Positions 1-9,501 of a stretch of DNA of 64,000 nt are shown piece by piece (the stretch's first letter is position 1; each line of letters opens with the position of its first letter). The stretch comes from an uncultured Actinomycetes bacterium (GTDB lineage Bacteria; Actinomycetota; Thermoleophilia; Gaiellales; JAICJC01). The position numbers were made by a program, and so were the translations under genes. The notes under the pieces were generated by a model. It saw only the letters and a list, made by a program, of their open reading frames with translations. It searched no databases and was not told the DNA's origin. The DNA lies in assembly GCA_963811675.1 (NCBI GenBank), contig CAWESH010000013.1:10907-74906 (forward strand), read 5' to 3'.

Positions 1-235
1 ACCGCGCATGCGTGGCTGAACGAGACGCTCTCGCCGACCACCGTGCGCGACGACGTCGATCGTCTCGGGCAGGGCATCGCCCGTATCCGAGGCGAACTAC
101 CTGCTGCCCACCGAAATCCTCATCAACCCGGCGATCTACCCGCCGGCGTCGGTCAAGGATCAGCTGCAGTTCTCGACTGTGACTCCGGCCCAGGCAGAGG
201 CCCGCTCCGACGTGTGGGACGAGGTAAAGCCGTGA
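1..235 (+). CDS. C-terminal end of a PotD/PotF-like ABC transporter substrate-binding protein (partial; one apparent indel near 80)
   Basis: Manual translation gives TAHAWLNETLSP..., then after a frame change ...LINPAIYPPASVKDQLQF...RSDVWDEVKP*, resembling the C-terminus of polyamine-binding proteins. Confidence 0.6.
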
Positions 236-588
236 TCAGCGCGCTCTTCACCGTACTGCTGGTGCTGCTCGCGGGGCTGGTCAACAGCGGCGGCCCCAAG
301 CCCTATTCCGGGCCACCGCCGGCCGTCTTTACGACCCCCTTGAAGCCCCCAGCGGCGTCCACCATCAGGGTGCTGGTGGCGGCCCTGCCCAAGCATGCCT
401 CGCGCGTCAAGATCGTGACCGACGAGGGCACCTATCCCACCCGCCACAGCGGGGTGCGGGAGTTCACCGCGAAGGCCGTGCCCACGCCGGTCGTGCCCGG
501 GCCGTGGGAGCTTGACCTGCGGTTCACCGTACGTGGAACGACGTACACGACGATTGGCTCGGTCGTCATGGTCACCCAAGCTCGATAG
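232..588 (+). CDS. Small exported or membrane-anchored hypothetical protein
   Basis: GTG at 232 overlaps the upstream TGA (GTGA coupling); hydrophobic N-terminus MISALFTVLLVLLAG. Confidence 0.65.
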   Translation: MISALFTVLLVLLAGLVNSGGPKPYSGPPPAVFTTPLKPPAASTIRVLVAALPKHASRVKIVTDEGTYPTRHSGVREFTAKAVPTPVVPGPWELDLRFTVRGTTYTTIGSVVMVTQAR

Positions 589-597
589 ACTCCGCTC

Positions 598-941
598 TTG
601 CCGATCGGACAGTCGCGGCGGCGCAAGCCGTCGAGGAAAGTCGGGACACCGAAGGGCAGGGTGCCGGGTAACTCCCGGACGGGGAAACCCGATGGAAAGC
701 GCAACAGAAAGCAGACCGCCAACCCGGCGACTCGTCGCCGGCGGCAAGGTTGAAACGGTGGTGTAAGAGACCACCAGCACTCGCGGAGACGTGGGTGGCT
801 GGGCAAGCCCCACCCGGTGCAACGTCGAACCGGAGCGATGACGCGGCCCGCCGAGCTCCAGGTAGGCGGCACGAGCCGGCCGGCAACGGCCGGCCCAGAT
901 GGATGACTGTCCCCGACAGAATCCCGCTTACAGATCGGCTA
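598..941 (+). ncRNA. rnpB: RNase P RNA (bacterial type A)
   Basis: GAGGAAAGTCGGGAC (633-647) and ACAGAATCCCGCTTA (916-930) form P4; GCCGATC/GATCGGC form P1; GGACAGTC/GACTGTCC form P2; also AGCGCAACAGAAA and TGAAACGGTGGTGTAAGAGACCACCAGC motifs; -10 TAGACT at 586-591. Confidence 0.97.
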
Positions 942-943
942 AC

Positions 944-985
944 GCGGCGGCCCGCTTCGGCGGGCCGCCGCTATCTCTCTTCTTC
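944..985 (+). terminator. Intrinsic terminator of rnpB
   Basis: GCGGCGGCCCGC-TTCG-GCGGGCCGCCGC hairpin followed by a pyrimidine-rich tract. Confidence 0.85.
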
Positions 986-1030
986 ATTTCTCCCCTGCGC
1001 GCGATGAACACCGTCCGGCTTGACGTGATT

Positions 1031-1867
1031 TCAGCGTCTTCCCAGCCGAGGATACTGCCCGTCGCTGCCAAGGGAACGGAGTGCCTCAAGATCAGCCGTG
1101 TCGAGGATGCCGTCCAGGTTCCTCTCCGCCCGCCGCAGATATTCGGCGACCAGCGTTCGCATCGCGGGCTCGTCGGGGGCGGTCACCGTGTCGGTCAATG
1201 TCCGAGACGCCAGCAGTTCAAAGCCGGTTTGCTCGAGCATGGTGGCGTAGTTCACCGCGCTGGCTGTGCCGGGTAGTGCAAGGCGAGCGCGCTCGAACCA
1301 CTCAGACTGGGCTGATCCGACGCGATCCCAGATGCCGGGCCGTGCGAGGTCGCGGGTGAGTCGCACGACCATCGGATCAGCGCGTTCGACTAGGCACAGC
1401 AATCCCTTCGGGCGGAGCAGCGAGCCGAAGCTCCTGAGCACGGCAGGCTCGTCGGCGGCATGGTGAAGCGCCAGTGCTGCCCAGACGAGGTCGAAGCTGC
1501 CGAGGCCTTGCAGGTCACGGTTCAGATCGAGCGACCGTAGCTCTACACGGTCGGCCACCCCGAGTCGCGCGGCGCGGCTCTCGGCCCGCGCCAGCATCAC
1601 CGGCGATGAATCCACCCCCAAAACGGCTGCCGACGCGAATGCCTCGGCCAGTGAGGATGTCGCCACCCCCGGCCCGCAGCCAAGGTCGACGACCCGTCGA
1701 ACCTCACCGCGGTCCACATCGAGCAGATCGCTACAGAGCGCTATCGCCTGATCGGTCAACCCGGCCGCGAGCTCGCCTTCCAGCTCGAGAGCAGCTGCAG
1801 CCCGGTCATCGCGAAACGCAGCCGAGTGGCCGTGATCTTGTCCTGAGTGGTGACTGGGATGCGTCAT
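1031..1867 (-). CDS. Class I SAM-dependent methyltransferase
   Basis: VVDLGCGPG motif I, GVDSS motif, FDLVWA; -10 TAGCGT 7 nt before ATG. Confidence 0.9.
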   Translation of the reverse strand: MTHPSHHSGQDHGHSAAFRDDRAAAALELEGELAAGLTDQAIALCSDLLDVDRGEVRRVVDLGCGPGVATSSLAEAFASAAVLGVDSSPVMLARAESRAARLGVADRVELRSLDLNRDLQGLGSFDLVWAALALHHAADEPAVLRSFGSLLRPKGLLCLVERADPMVVRLTRDLARPGIWDRVGSAQSEWFERARLALPGTASAVNYATMLEQTGFELLASRTLTDTVTAPDEPAMRTLVAEYLRRAERNLDGILDTADLEALRSLGSDGQYPRLGRR

Positions 1868-1923
1868 GCCATTTACGCTAGCGTCCGCCTAGTCGAGGCC
1901 TCGAAACGAAGGCAGAGCAACGT

Positions 1924-2316
1924 ATGTCGAAGAGCGAGTCGCAGAACACCAAGTCCCCTTCTCAGCTGATCGACGCGAGAATCGATGAACTCGGCGACTG
2001 GCGGGGCGAGATGCTCAGCCGGCTCCGGGCCATGGTCAAGGAAGCGGATCCCGAGGTCGTCGAGGAGTGGAAGTGGAGAGGAGTTCCGGTGTGGTACCAC
2101 GACGGAATCATCTGCACCGGCGAGACGTACAAACAGGTCGTGAAGATGACCTTCTTCAAAGGGGCGTCGCTCGAGGATCCCGCGGGCCTCTTCAACTCCA
2201 GTCTCGAGGGGAACACCAGGCGTGCCATCGACTTCCAGGAAGGCGAGAAGATCAACCAGGACGCGCTGAAGGCCCTCGTTCGCAGCGCGGTGACCTTGAA
2301 CCAATCGAAAGCCTGA
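1924..2316 (+). CDS. DUF1801 (YdhG-like) protein
   Basis: EEWKWRGVPVW, ETYKQVVKMTFFKGASLEDP, FNSSLEGNTRRAID signatures. Confidence 0.9.
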   Translation: MSKSESQNTKSPSQLIDARIDELGDWRGEMLSRLRAMVKEADPEVVEEWKWRGVPVWYHDGIICTGETYKQVVKMTFFKGASLEDPAGLFNSSLEGNTRRAIDFQEGEKINQDALKALVRSAVTLNQSKA

Positions 2317-2362
2317 GTCGGCTATCCCGCTTACAGAGCGGCTAACAGAGGGAGTGGTGCAG

Positions 2363-3070
2363 ATGAGCGATCAGCCAAACATCGTGCTTGTCCATGGAGC
2401 GTGGGCCGACGGATCGTGCTGGAGCGCCGTGATCGAGCGGCTTCAGGCCGAGGGGTACAACGTCACAGCCCCGCAGTTCCCCGAGACGTCGCTGGCCGAC
2501 GACGTCGCCCGGTTGCGCCACGTGCTTGGTCGTCAAGATGGGCCGACCGTGGTCGTCGGGCACTCCTACGGCGGCCAGATCATGACCGCTCTGGGCACAG
2601 ACGCGCCCAACGCGGTCGCTCTCGTCTACATCGCGGCTTTCGGCCTGGACGAAGGCGAATCGATCGGCGGGCTGCTGCAGCAAGGATCGCCCACACCGGC
2701 GCTTGCCAACCTCGAAATCGACAGCCTGGGCCTCGCCTGGCTCCCGCAGGACGACTTCGTCAACCACTTTGCCGCCGACATCGATCCGGCCACCGCCAAG
2801 GTCATGCACGCCGTGCAGCAGCCACTGTCGGCCTCGACCCTCGGCGATGTGATGGGCGCGCCGGCTTGGAAATCTCTCCCCACCTGGTATCTGGTAGCAG
2901 CCAACGACGAGGCGATTCCGCCCGACGCCGAGCGCCAGTTCGCCCAGCGCATGGGCGCCACCACGGTGGAAATCCCATCGGGCCACTGCGCGATGGTGTC
3001 CCACCCAGACGACGTCGTCAAGCTTGTCGAGTTGGCGGTGCTCGGTACCCGCGAAGCCGTGGTGACCTAA
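2363..3070 (+). CDS. Alpha/beta hydrolase
   Basis: VLVHGAWADGS, GHSYGG nucleophile motif, C-terminal catalytic His (SGHCAM). Confidence 0.92.
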   Translation: MSDQPNIVLVHGAWADGSCWSAVIERLQAEGYNVTAPQFPETSLADDVARLRHVLGRQDGPTVVVGHSYGGQIMTALGTDAPNAVALVYIAAFGLDEGESIGGLLQQGSPTPALANLEIDSLGLAWLPQDDFVNHFAADIDPATAKVMHAVQQPLSASTLGDVMGAPAWKSLPTWYLVAANDEAIPPDAERQFAQRMGATTVEIPSGHCAMVSHPDDVVKLVELAVLGTREAVVT

Positions 3071-3080
3071 GGCTCGTCTA

Positions 3081-3506
3081 CTAGCACTTGATACTGGAAA
3101 ACGCTTGCTGGTAGCTCGCTTCCAGGGTCGTTCCGGCGGTGGAGATCGCTGTTGCGGCAGCCGTCAATGACTGGGACGACGTCACGCTCTGTGCGGTCTG
3201 CTGGACCGAGGTTTTGAAGGTGGCATTGGCGGTCTGAAGCTGGGATTGCACATCGCCTCCGACCGTCGGCGCCGCATCGGAAATGGTCTTGAGGTCGGTC
3301 TGAATCGCCTGCACCGCGGTCTTGGCGGTATCGACCGATGACGTCGCCAGCGGCAGGCCCTTCAGGGTCGTGATCTGCGTCTTGATGTCCGAGATGGCAT
3401 CGCACGCCTGGCTCTTGGCCTTGTCGGCAGCCGACTGGCTACTGCCACAGCCAGACGCCGCGAGCAACGCCAACGCGAGCACCGCAACCAGCCCAATGGC
3501 TCTCAT
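3081..3506 (-). CDS. Ala/Thr/Ser/Gln-rich lipoprotein
   Basis: Signal peptide with lipobox-like LAASGC; SD GGAG upstream. Confidence 0.8.
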   Translation of the reverse strand: MRAIGLVAVLALALLAASGCGSSQSAADKAKSQACDAISDIKTQITTLKGLPLATSSVDTAKTAVQAIQTDLKTISDAAPTVGGDVQSQLQTANATFKTSVQQTAQSVTSSQSLTAAATAISTAGTTLEASYQQAFSSIKC

Positions 3507-3545
3507 AACCGCACTCCCTCCACGTCGTATCCAAGAACGATCTCA

Positions 3546-3584
3546 TATGGTGAATAACGGTGCCTGGCACCGTTATTCACCATA
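3546..3584. repeat. REP-like palindrome, copy 1 (39 bp, perfect)
   Basis: TATGGTGAATAACGGTGCC-T-GGCACCGTTATTCACCATA. Confidence 0.95.
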
Positions 3585-3627
3585 GCCGCCCGGCCGGACC
3601 AGCCCCGTCTCTTACGGCACCATCGCT

Positions 3628-6600
3628 TTAGGCCGACGCCTGGAGTGCCAGCTCAGCCTGGGTGCGGTAGAGCACCGCGCCGGTCATGTCGGCAAACTCC
3701 AGCACGGCGTCGGCGTGGCGGCCGGCCAGACCCCTCTCGCCCGCGGCGATCGCGTGGTTGGCGGCCAGAAGATGCGCGTCCGCGGCGAACGGCAGGCTTC
3801 CCAGCTCCGTGTAGCGTTCGGCCGCGGCGGCGTGGTTTCCGTCGGCGATCAGCAGCAGCCCCTCGCGCCATCGCGAGATTTCGGGCAGAAGCATTGCGGC
3901 CTGACGTACGTCTCCGTGGCGCCCTGACTCGGCGAGCACCGGCGCGATCTCGCACACCTCCATGCCTCGCCCGTACAGACCGCCGGTCTCGTGCCATCGG
4001 GCGAGGAACCGATCGCACGCCGCGAGTGCCTCCGGCCGACGGCCGGCAACAGCGCGTGCCCGTGCCAGTACCGCCAGACCGTGGTACAGGTTTTCGTCGC
4101 TCATGATCGCGATTCCCGACGCGACCAGGAACTCGGCGCTGGCGGCCGCACCATCCACGTCCCCGCGCCAGAGCTTCGATCGCAACGAGGAGATGTGCCG
4201 TTGGATCTCGTCGGCCGGGTGCTGGTCGATCATGCTCTCAGCGATCAGACGATCCGAGGTGTCCCAGTCCCCGGCATAGTAGGCCTGCTGCGCCTGCTCG
4301 AGCAGGATGAAGTTTTCAAAGAAGGAGCTGGCAAACCGCACCGCGAAGCCGAGGCCGGTCGCGTAGGCCTCGTCGGCGCCGGGCATGTCGCCGAGTCCGC
4401 GCAGGATGTCCGCGAGGTTGCTGTAGGCCACCGGGGTGGTGGGGTAGACGTGTTCCGCCAGTGTCGCCGCCGCCTGGCGCACGTTCGCGATACCGCCGAG
4501 ATCGCCCAGTGCGGCACGCGCGTCGCCTTGCCATCCCAGCAGCAACGCCCGCCCGACATCCAGCCCCGCCGCCTCGGCGATCGGAATCATCCGGTTCGTG
4601 AGCGCAAGCACCTCGGAATAGTGGCCGGAAATCCCCAGCCGGTAGGCCTGAGTACCCGCGATGTAGAACATCGTGTCGCACGGCGGGATCCGCGACACAT
4701 ACTCCGCCGCCAGCGCAAAGTGGACGTCGGCCTCGTCACCTCGGTGCTCGGCGTCCTCGAGCCAGGCGCCCAACAGGCGCTCGGCCATCGCGGCCTGCTC
4801 CCAGGCCTCGGCGGCAACCTGGGCTTCGACCGCACGGATCAGCGTCGGCTCGTCCACCTCACCCAGGGTCTGCAGCGCCCGGGCCTCACCCATCAGCAGC
4901 TGTGCGCGCAACTGCACGTCGTCTTCGGCAGCCAGCTCGAGTGCTGCCCGGAAGAATCGAACGGCGGCCGCGTGCGCGTAGCTTGCGGCTGCCTGGTGGC
5001 CTGCCTCCGCGAACGCAGCACTCGCCCGGGGAGCGAGTGACGTGGTGTCCTCGCCCAGCTGCCGGCGCAGGGCCAGCGCCTCCTGGTAGTGGCCGGCCAG
5101 CAGTTCAGCCTTGTCGTCACGCTCGCCCGCCAGCCGCTCGATCCAGACCGCGGCCAGCTCGTGCTTGTCCGCGCGGTCTGCCCGCCGGATCTGGGAGTAG
5201 GCGACGTCGCGGGTGAGGGCGTGCCGGAAGCTGAACTCGGTCTCGCCTCGGATCGAGGATCGCCGCGCCCGCCGGATCAGCTGCTTTCGCTCGAGGCTGT
5301 GCAGCAGCTCGTCGATCTCGTCCGTGGACTGGCCACCGACCTCTGAGACCGCGCCCGACCAGGCCGTGGGCCCGATCACCGCCGCGTCTTGGATCAGCGC
5401 CTTCTCCTCCGGAGAGAGGGTGTCCAGGCGGGCGGCGATGATGCCTTGGATCGACTCGGGCAGGTCGGCTGCCTCACCGGTCAGCTCCCAGCCGCCCTCA
5501 CCGCTGAGTCAGCAGCTCACGGTCCTGGAGCATGCGCACGTACTCCTGCGCGTACAGCGGATTTCCGCCGGCACGCTCCAGGAACATCTGCTGCATCGCC
5601 GGCGGGCAGTAGTGCCTGATCGAGCAGCGCCCCGACCAGTCGCCCGGTGTCCTCGCTCGAAAGCGGCGCGAGCGAGACGGTGGTGGAGTTGGTCTTGCCG
5701 CCGCCCCAGTGCTCGCGGCGCTCGAACAGCTCCGGCCGAGCGGTGCACACGATCAGAAGCGGAATCGATCCGGCTCGATCGGCCAGCAGGTCGATGAAGT
5801 CAAGCAGCGCGTCGTCTGCCCAGTGGACGTCTTCGAACACCAGCACGGTCGGCCCCTCCTCGGCGATGGCTTCGAAGAATCGCCGCCAGGCGGCGAAGGC
5901 CTCGCCACGCACTCGCTTCGGCGCCGCACGGTCTCGATGCCGAGGCCGACCAGGGGCCGCAGATGCCGGGCCACCCAGTCGCGGTCGCTCTCGTCGAGGA
6001 TTGTGAGCTCGAACCGCCTCGTCCAGCTTTCGCTCAGCCTCGTGGACGTCGATCGGACTCGAGGATGCCGGCCTGGCTCTTGACCATCTCGCCGAGTGCC
6101 CAGAACGTCACACCCTCCCCGTAGGACAGCGATCGGCCCACCCGCCAGGTGATCAGGTCGGGTAGTTCGACGACGTAGGCGCCGAGCTCCTCCACCAGCC
6201 GGGACTTGCCGATGCCCGGCTCGCCGATCACCGAGACCAGCTGGGTGAACGATTCTCGGCGCGACCGGTCGAGTGCTCCCCGCAGCATCTCGGCCTCGTC
6301 GTCGCGGCCGACCAGCTCCAGCCCGTCCAGCCGGCCCTGCTCGGGCACCACCGACCGGGGTTCCACCGCGAGCCAGGCCGCCACCGGCTGTGACTTGCCC
6401 TTGGCGGCCACGGAGTCGACTTGCTCCAGCACGATCGCCCGGGAGGTTGCCCGGAAGGTGACCTCGTCGACCAGCACGCCGTCGGTGGGTGCGGCCGTCT
6501 GCAGGCGGGCGGCGGTGTTGACCACGTCGCCGGTCGCGCGCACGCTGCCGTCGCCCGTCAGCGTCACCAGCACCTCTCCGGTGGTCACGCCGACCCGCAC

Positions 6601-6990
6601 GTGCAGACCGGCGTCTCCGGCCGCCGAGCCGGGCGCAAACGCATCGCGGATCCCCAGCGCCGCCCGCACCCCCCGCTCGGGGTCGTCCTCGTGTGCCACG
6701 GGCGCTCCGAACACCGCCATCATGCCGTCACCGGCGACGGTCGAGACGACCCCACCGGTGCGGGCGACGTGGTGTCGCAGCTGCGCCAGATACGGCTCCA
6801 GGAAGGCGTCCACATCCTCGACGTCCAGCGCCTCGGAGCGGCTGGTGAAGCCCGCCAGGTCGGCAAAGACGATGGTCACGATGCGCCGCTCCCGGCGCTC
6901 AGTGGCCGCGACCTCGGCCAAGGGCGATCCGCACTCCGGGCAGAACTTCGCACCCTCAGACGAGGTGCCGCAGTTGGAGCACGAGACCAT
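3628..6990 (-). CDS. Adenylate/guanylate cyclase with N-terminal zinc ribbon, AAA/STAND ATPase and C-terminal TPR-like region (several apparent indels at about 5400-6050)
   Basis: CSNCG...FCPECG, VTIVFADLAGFT, GDGMMAVFGAP, GDVVNTAARLQ, Walker A GEPGIGKS, VLVFEDVHWAD, FRHALTRDVAY, spread over frames; -10 TAGAAT 7 nt before ATG 6990. Confidence 0.9.
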
Positions 6991-7035
6991 CGCAGTGATT
7001 CTAAGCACAAACGAGGACGAGTGCTTGGGCTGGTT

Positions 7036-7725
7036 TCACACCTTGCGGCGCTCGGCGATTCGCACCAGCGTCACTGCGGTGGCGCACAGCAGCAGCACGA
7101 CCGCCACCTCCAAGAGCATCATCATGCGATCCGTGTCGGCCCGCAGCGCCGTGACCGCGACCGCGGCGCTCCCGCAGGCCCACGAGTACAGGAGCCACCT
7201 GGCTGCGCGCACCCGCATCTCGGCCAGTGCGTACACCGCCGGCAACTGGCAGGCGATCGCGGTGGACAGCACCGTGAAGGTCACGAGCTGGAGATACTCC
7301 GGCGCCCTCATCCCGACGGCAAATGAGTCGGTCAGCGTGGCGCGAAGCACCGGCGGCACAATCACGAACCAGCCGAAGATCACTCCAGCGCAGAACAGCC
7401 CTGCGCACGCCACCCCGACCACCCGTGCCGAGAGGAGGCGGGTGGGGGCTGCCGCGACCACCAACTGGTAGCTCAGCAGCGCCACGACCACCAGCACGGT
7501 GACGTTGACTGCGACCGAGAGCTGCACCTGAAATACATCGGTTGGCCCAGTCATGAGGAACTCAACGCGCTGCACGAGGGCGTGCTTGGCGGGCCGGACG
7601 AGCCACTCGAAGATCGGCTGCCACTGCCAGAACGAGTACATGAACACCAGCACCGCCACCGCTGCGGTGAACATGAGCCGGGGCGCGAGCCGATGCACGC
7701 CGGGGGCAGATCGATCGGTGGTCAT
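7036..7725 (-). CDS. Divergent TatC-like membrane protein
   Basis: TatC-like pattern: IFEWLVRP, MTGPTDVF, LLSYQL, LFCAGVIFGWFVIVP, EYLQLV, CQLPAV; ATG overlaps the upstream TGA (ATGA). Confidence 0.7.
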   Translation of the reverse strand: MTTDRSAPGVHRLAPRLMFTAAVAVLVFMYSFWQWQPIFEWLVRPAKHALVQRVEFLMTGPTDVFQVQLSVAVNVTVLVVVALLSYQLVVAAAPTRLLSARVVGVACAGLFCAGVIFGWFVIVPPVLRATLTDSFAVGMRAPEYLQLVTFTVLSTAIACQLPAVYALAEMRVRAARWLLYSWACGSAAVAVTALRADTDRMMMLLEVAVVLLLCATAVTLVRIAERRKV

Positions 7726-8213
7726 GGCTCGTACGATCCCGGCTCCCACGCGTGTGTGCTCGCCGCCAGGGTGTTCCACGCGTTGATGGTGGTGATCAAG
7801 CTGATCAACGCACCCAGCTCGTCCTTGGTGAAGTGCTCGCCGGCCGTCACGAACAGCTCGTCGGGGACGGGCGTTTGGGCGAGCAGGGTGACCGCCTCGG
7901 TGAGCGCCAGCGCGGCCCGTTCTCGGTCGCTGAAAAACGGCGTCTCTGCCCACGCCGGGAGGGCGTAGATGCGCTGCTCGGTCTCGCCGATCGCGCGAGC
8001 GTCCTTGGTGTGCATGTCGATGCAGTAGGCGCAGCCGTTCAGCTGGGAGGCTCGGATACGCACCAGCTCGCGCAGCCGGTGATCGAACTCGACCGCGTCG
8101 AGCTGCTTGGTGGTGACGTTGTCGAGATGGCTCATCGCCCGGGCGTAATCGGCTGCGTGGGCGTCGAAGTCCAGCCGCACCGGCACCTGTGGGTTGTTCT
8201 CTGTGACAGTCAT
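7722..8213 (-). CDS. Carboxymuconolactone decarboxylase / AhpD-family protein
   Basis: RELVRIRASQLNGCAYCIDMH, FSDRERAALAL, INAWN. Confidence 0.93.
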   Translation of the reverse strand: MTVTENNPQVPVRLDFDAHAADYARAMSHLDNVTTKQLDAVEFDHRLRELVRIRASQLNGCAYCIDMHTKDARAIGETEQRIYALPAWAETPFFSDRERAALALTEAVTLLAQTPVPDELFVTAGEHFTKDELGALISLITTINAWNTLAASTHAWEPGSYEP

Positions 8214-8354
8214 GCGGTGACCCTACCAGCGGCAGAATCGGGCACCGGCCTCGCCCACGATCCCCCAGGCACCAAGCACGATCACTCGAGTACAGCCGCG
8301 AGCAGGTCACGACACTCGTCATGCCGGCTGGCAGGCGTCGATCCTTGGGATCGC

Positions 8355-8381
8355 TGAACCTCCACCGCCTGCGGTCGATCA
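8355..8381 (+). promoter_or_regulatory. Possible sigma28/WhiG-type promoter
   Basis: TGAA-N15-GTCGATCA, 7 nt before GTG 8389. Confidence 0.4.
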
Positions 8382-8388
8382 CCCGGGT

Positions 8389-8826
8389 GTGTTCGGCGAT
8401 CTCACGTCACGACGCGGTGGCTCACTCCCGATCTGGGCAGCGGTGATCGTCGCGCGGCTGATCGGCGGGTTCTGCGGCGGATTCATCGCTCTGGGCCTGG
8501 CCTCGAGCAGACACGCGGGCACGTCGCATCAGACTGCCTCGGCGGGAGTCAACCCGGTGTGGTGGCTGGCGGTGCCGATCGCCTCGGCGCTGGTCGCCGG
8601 GGTGGCCCTTTCGCTGCTGCTTCCGCGACTCTCGTCTCGGGCGATCGGGCATGTGCCGGCGATCACCGCCGCGACCCTCGGAGGCGCCGTGCCGGTGGCG
8701 CTGATGCTGCTCTCGAGCCATCGACTGGGCGGGACGACGCCGCTGGTCGCCGCAGCCGGATGGCTGGTCGGCGTGACCATGACGACACTGCTTGTGCGGG
8801 GCGCTTCCACGCCGATCGAGGCTTAA
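8389..8826 (+). CDS. Hypothetical 4-TM membrane protein (paralog of the next gene)
   Basis: Hydrophobic segments; shares PxWxxVIVARxxGGFxxG and LLLPRxSxxxIG with 8860-9498. Confidence 0.75.
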   Translation: MFGDLTSRRGGSLPIWAAVIVARLIGGFCGGFIALGLASSRHAGTSHQTASAGVNPVWWLAVPIASALVAGVALSLLLPRLSSRAIGHVPAITAATLGGAVPVALMLLSSHRLGGTTPLVAAAGWLVGVTMTTLLVRGASTPIEA

Positions 8827-8851
8827 AGCACTCAAGCGCTCCCGCCGATAC
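8824..8851 (+). promoter_or_regulatory. sigma28/WhiG-type promoter
   Basis: TAAA-N16-GCCGATAC, 8 nt before ATG 8860. Confidence 0.7.
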
Positions 8852-8859
8852 CGGTTGGA

Positions 8860-9498
8860 ATGTTCTCCAGCATGGCATCGAGCGGTGGCGGCAGCCCGGT
8901 CTGGCTGACGGTGATCGTTGCCCGCGTGGCCGGTGGCTTTGCGGCCGGCATGGTCGGCGCAGTCACGTTTGCAAGCGTGGCATCGCGATCGTCGACCTTC
9001 GGCCCCGAAACACCCACCTTCCACTTCTCACCGTGGCTCTTGCTCGCGCCGGTGGCTATCGGGGCGCTGACCACCGGGCTCGCCATTCACCTGCTGCTGC
9101 CGCGCATGTCGGGAATGAACATCGGGGTGTTCCAGGGAATCGTTGCGGCAGCCTCCGGTGCGCTGTTCTCGACGGTGGTGACGCTGCTGTTCAACCACAA
9201 CATCCTCACCGGCGGAGGCTCGTCGCTCACCAGCGGAGGCTCGGCCTCGCTGGCATTGCTCGGCGGAACCACCATCATCGTCTCGCTGTTCAACTGGATC
9301 CTTGCGATTGCGATCACCACATGGATGGTCACCCACGCCGCCACCGGGATGGAGACATGGGGAGGTAAAGAGGTGACCTCACAGCACAGCTGGAGCGACA
9401 TCGCCGACCCCAAGCCCGACCCTGGACCAGGTGCGGGCCCAGACCAGCCAAATCCGTACGAACCGGACCCCTGGCGGGACGAGCCCGACCCGAGCTAG
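8860..9498 (+). CDS. Hypothetical membrane protein with Pro/Asp-rich tail
   Basis: Four hydrophobic segments; DP-rich C-terminus. Confidence 0.8.
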   Translation: MFSSMASSGGGSPVWLTVIVARVAGGFAAGMVGAVTFASVASRSSTFGPETPTFHFSPWLLLAPVAIGALTTGLAIHLLLPRMSGMNIGVFQGIVAAASGALFSTVVTLLFNHNILTGGGSSLTSGGSASLALLGGTTIIVSLFNWILAIAITTWMVTHAATGMETWGGKEVTSQHSWSDIADPKPDPGPGAGPDQPNPYEPDPWRDEPDPS

Positions 9499-9501
9499 AA
9501 G

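Noticed and set aside
160..1007. ORFs overlapping rnpB, and the many long antisense ORFs across the window
   Set aside because: These are shadow frames expected in high-GC DNA; they overlap well-supported genes and are Arg/Pro/Gly-rich without motifs.
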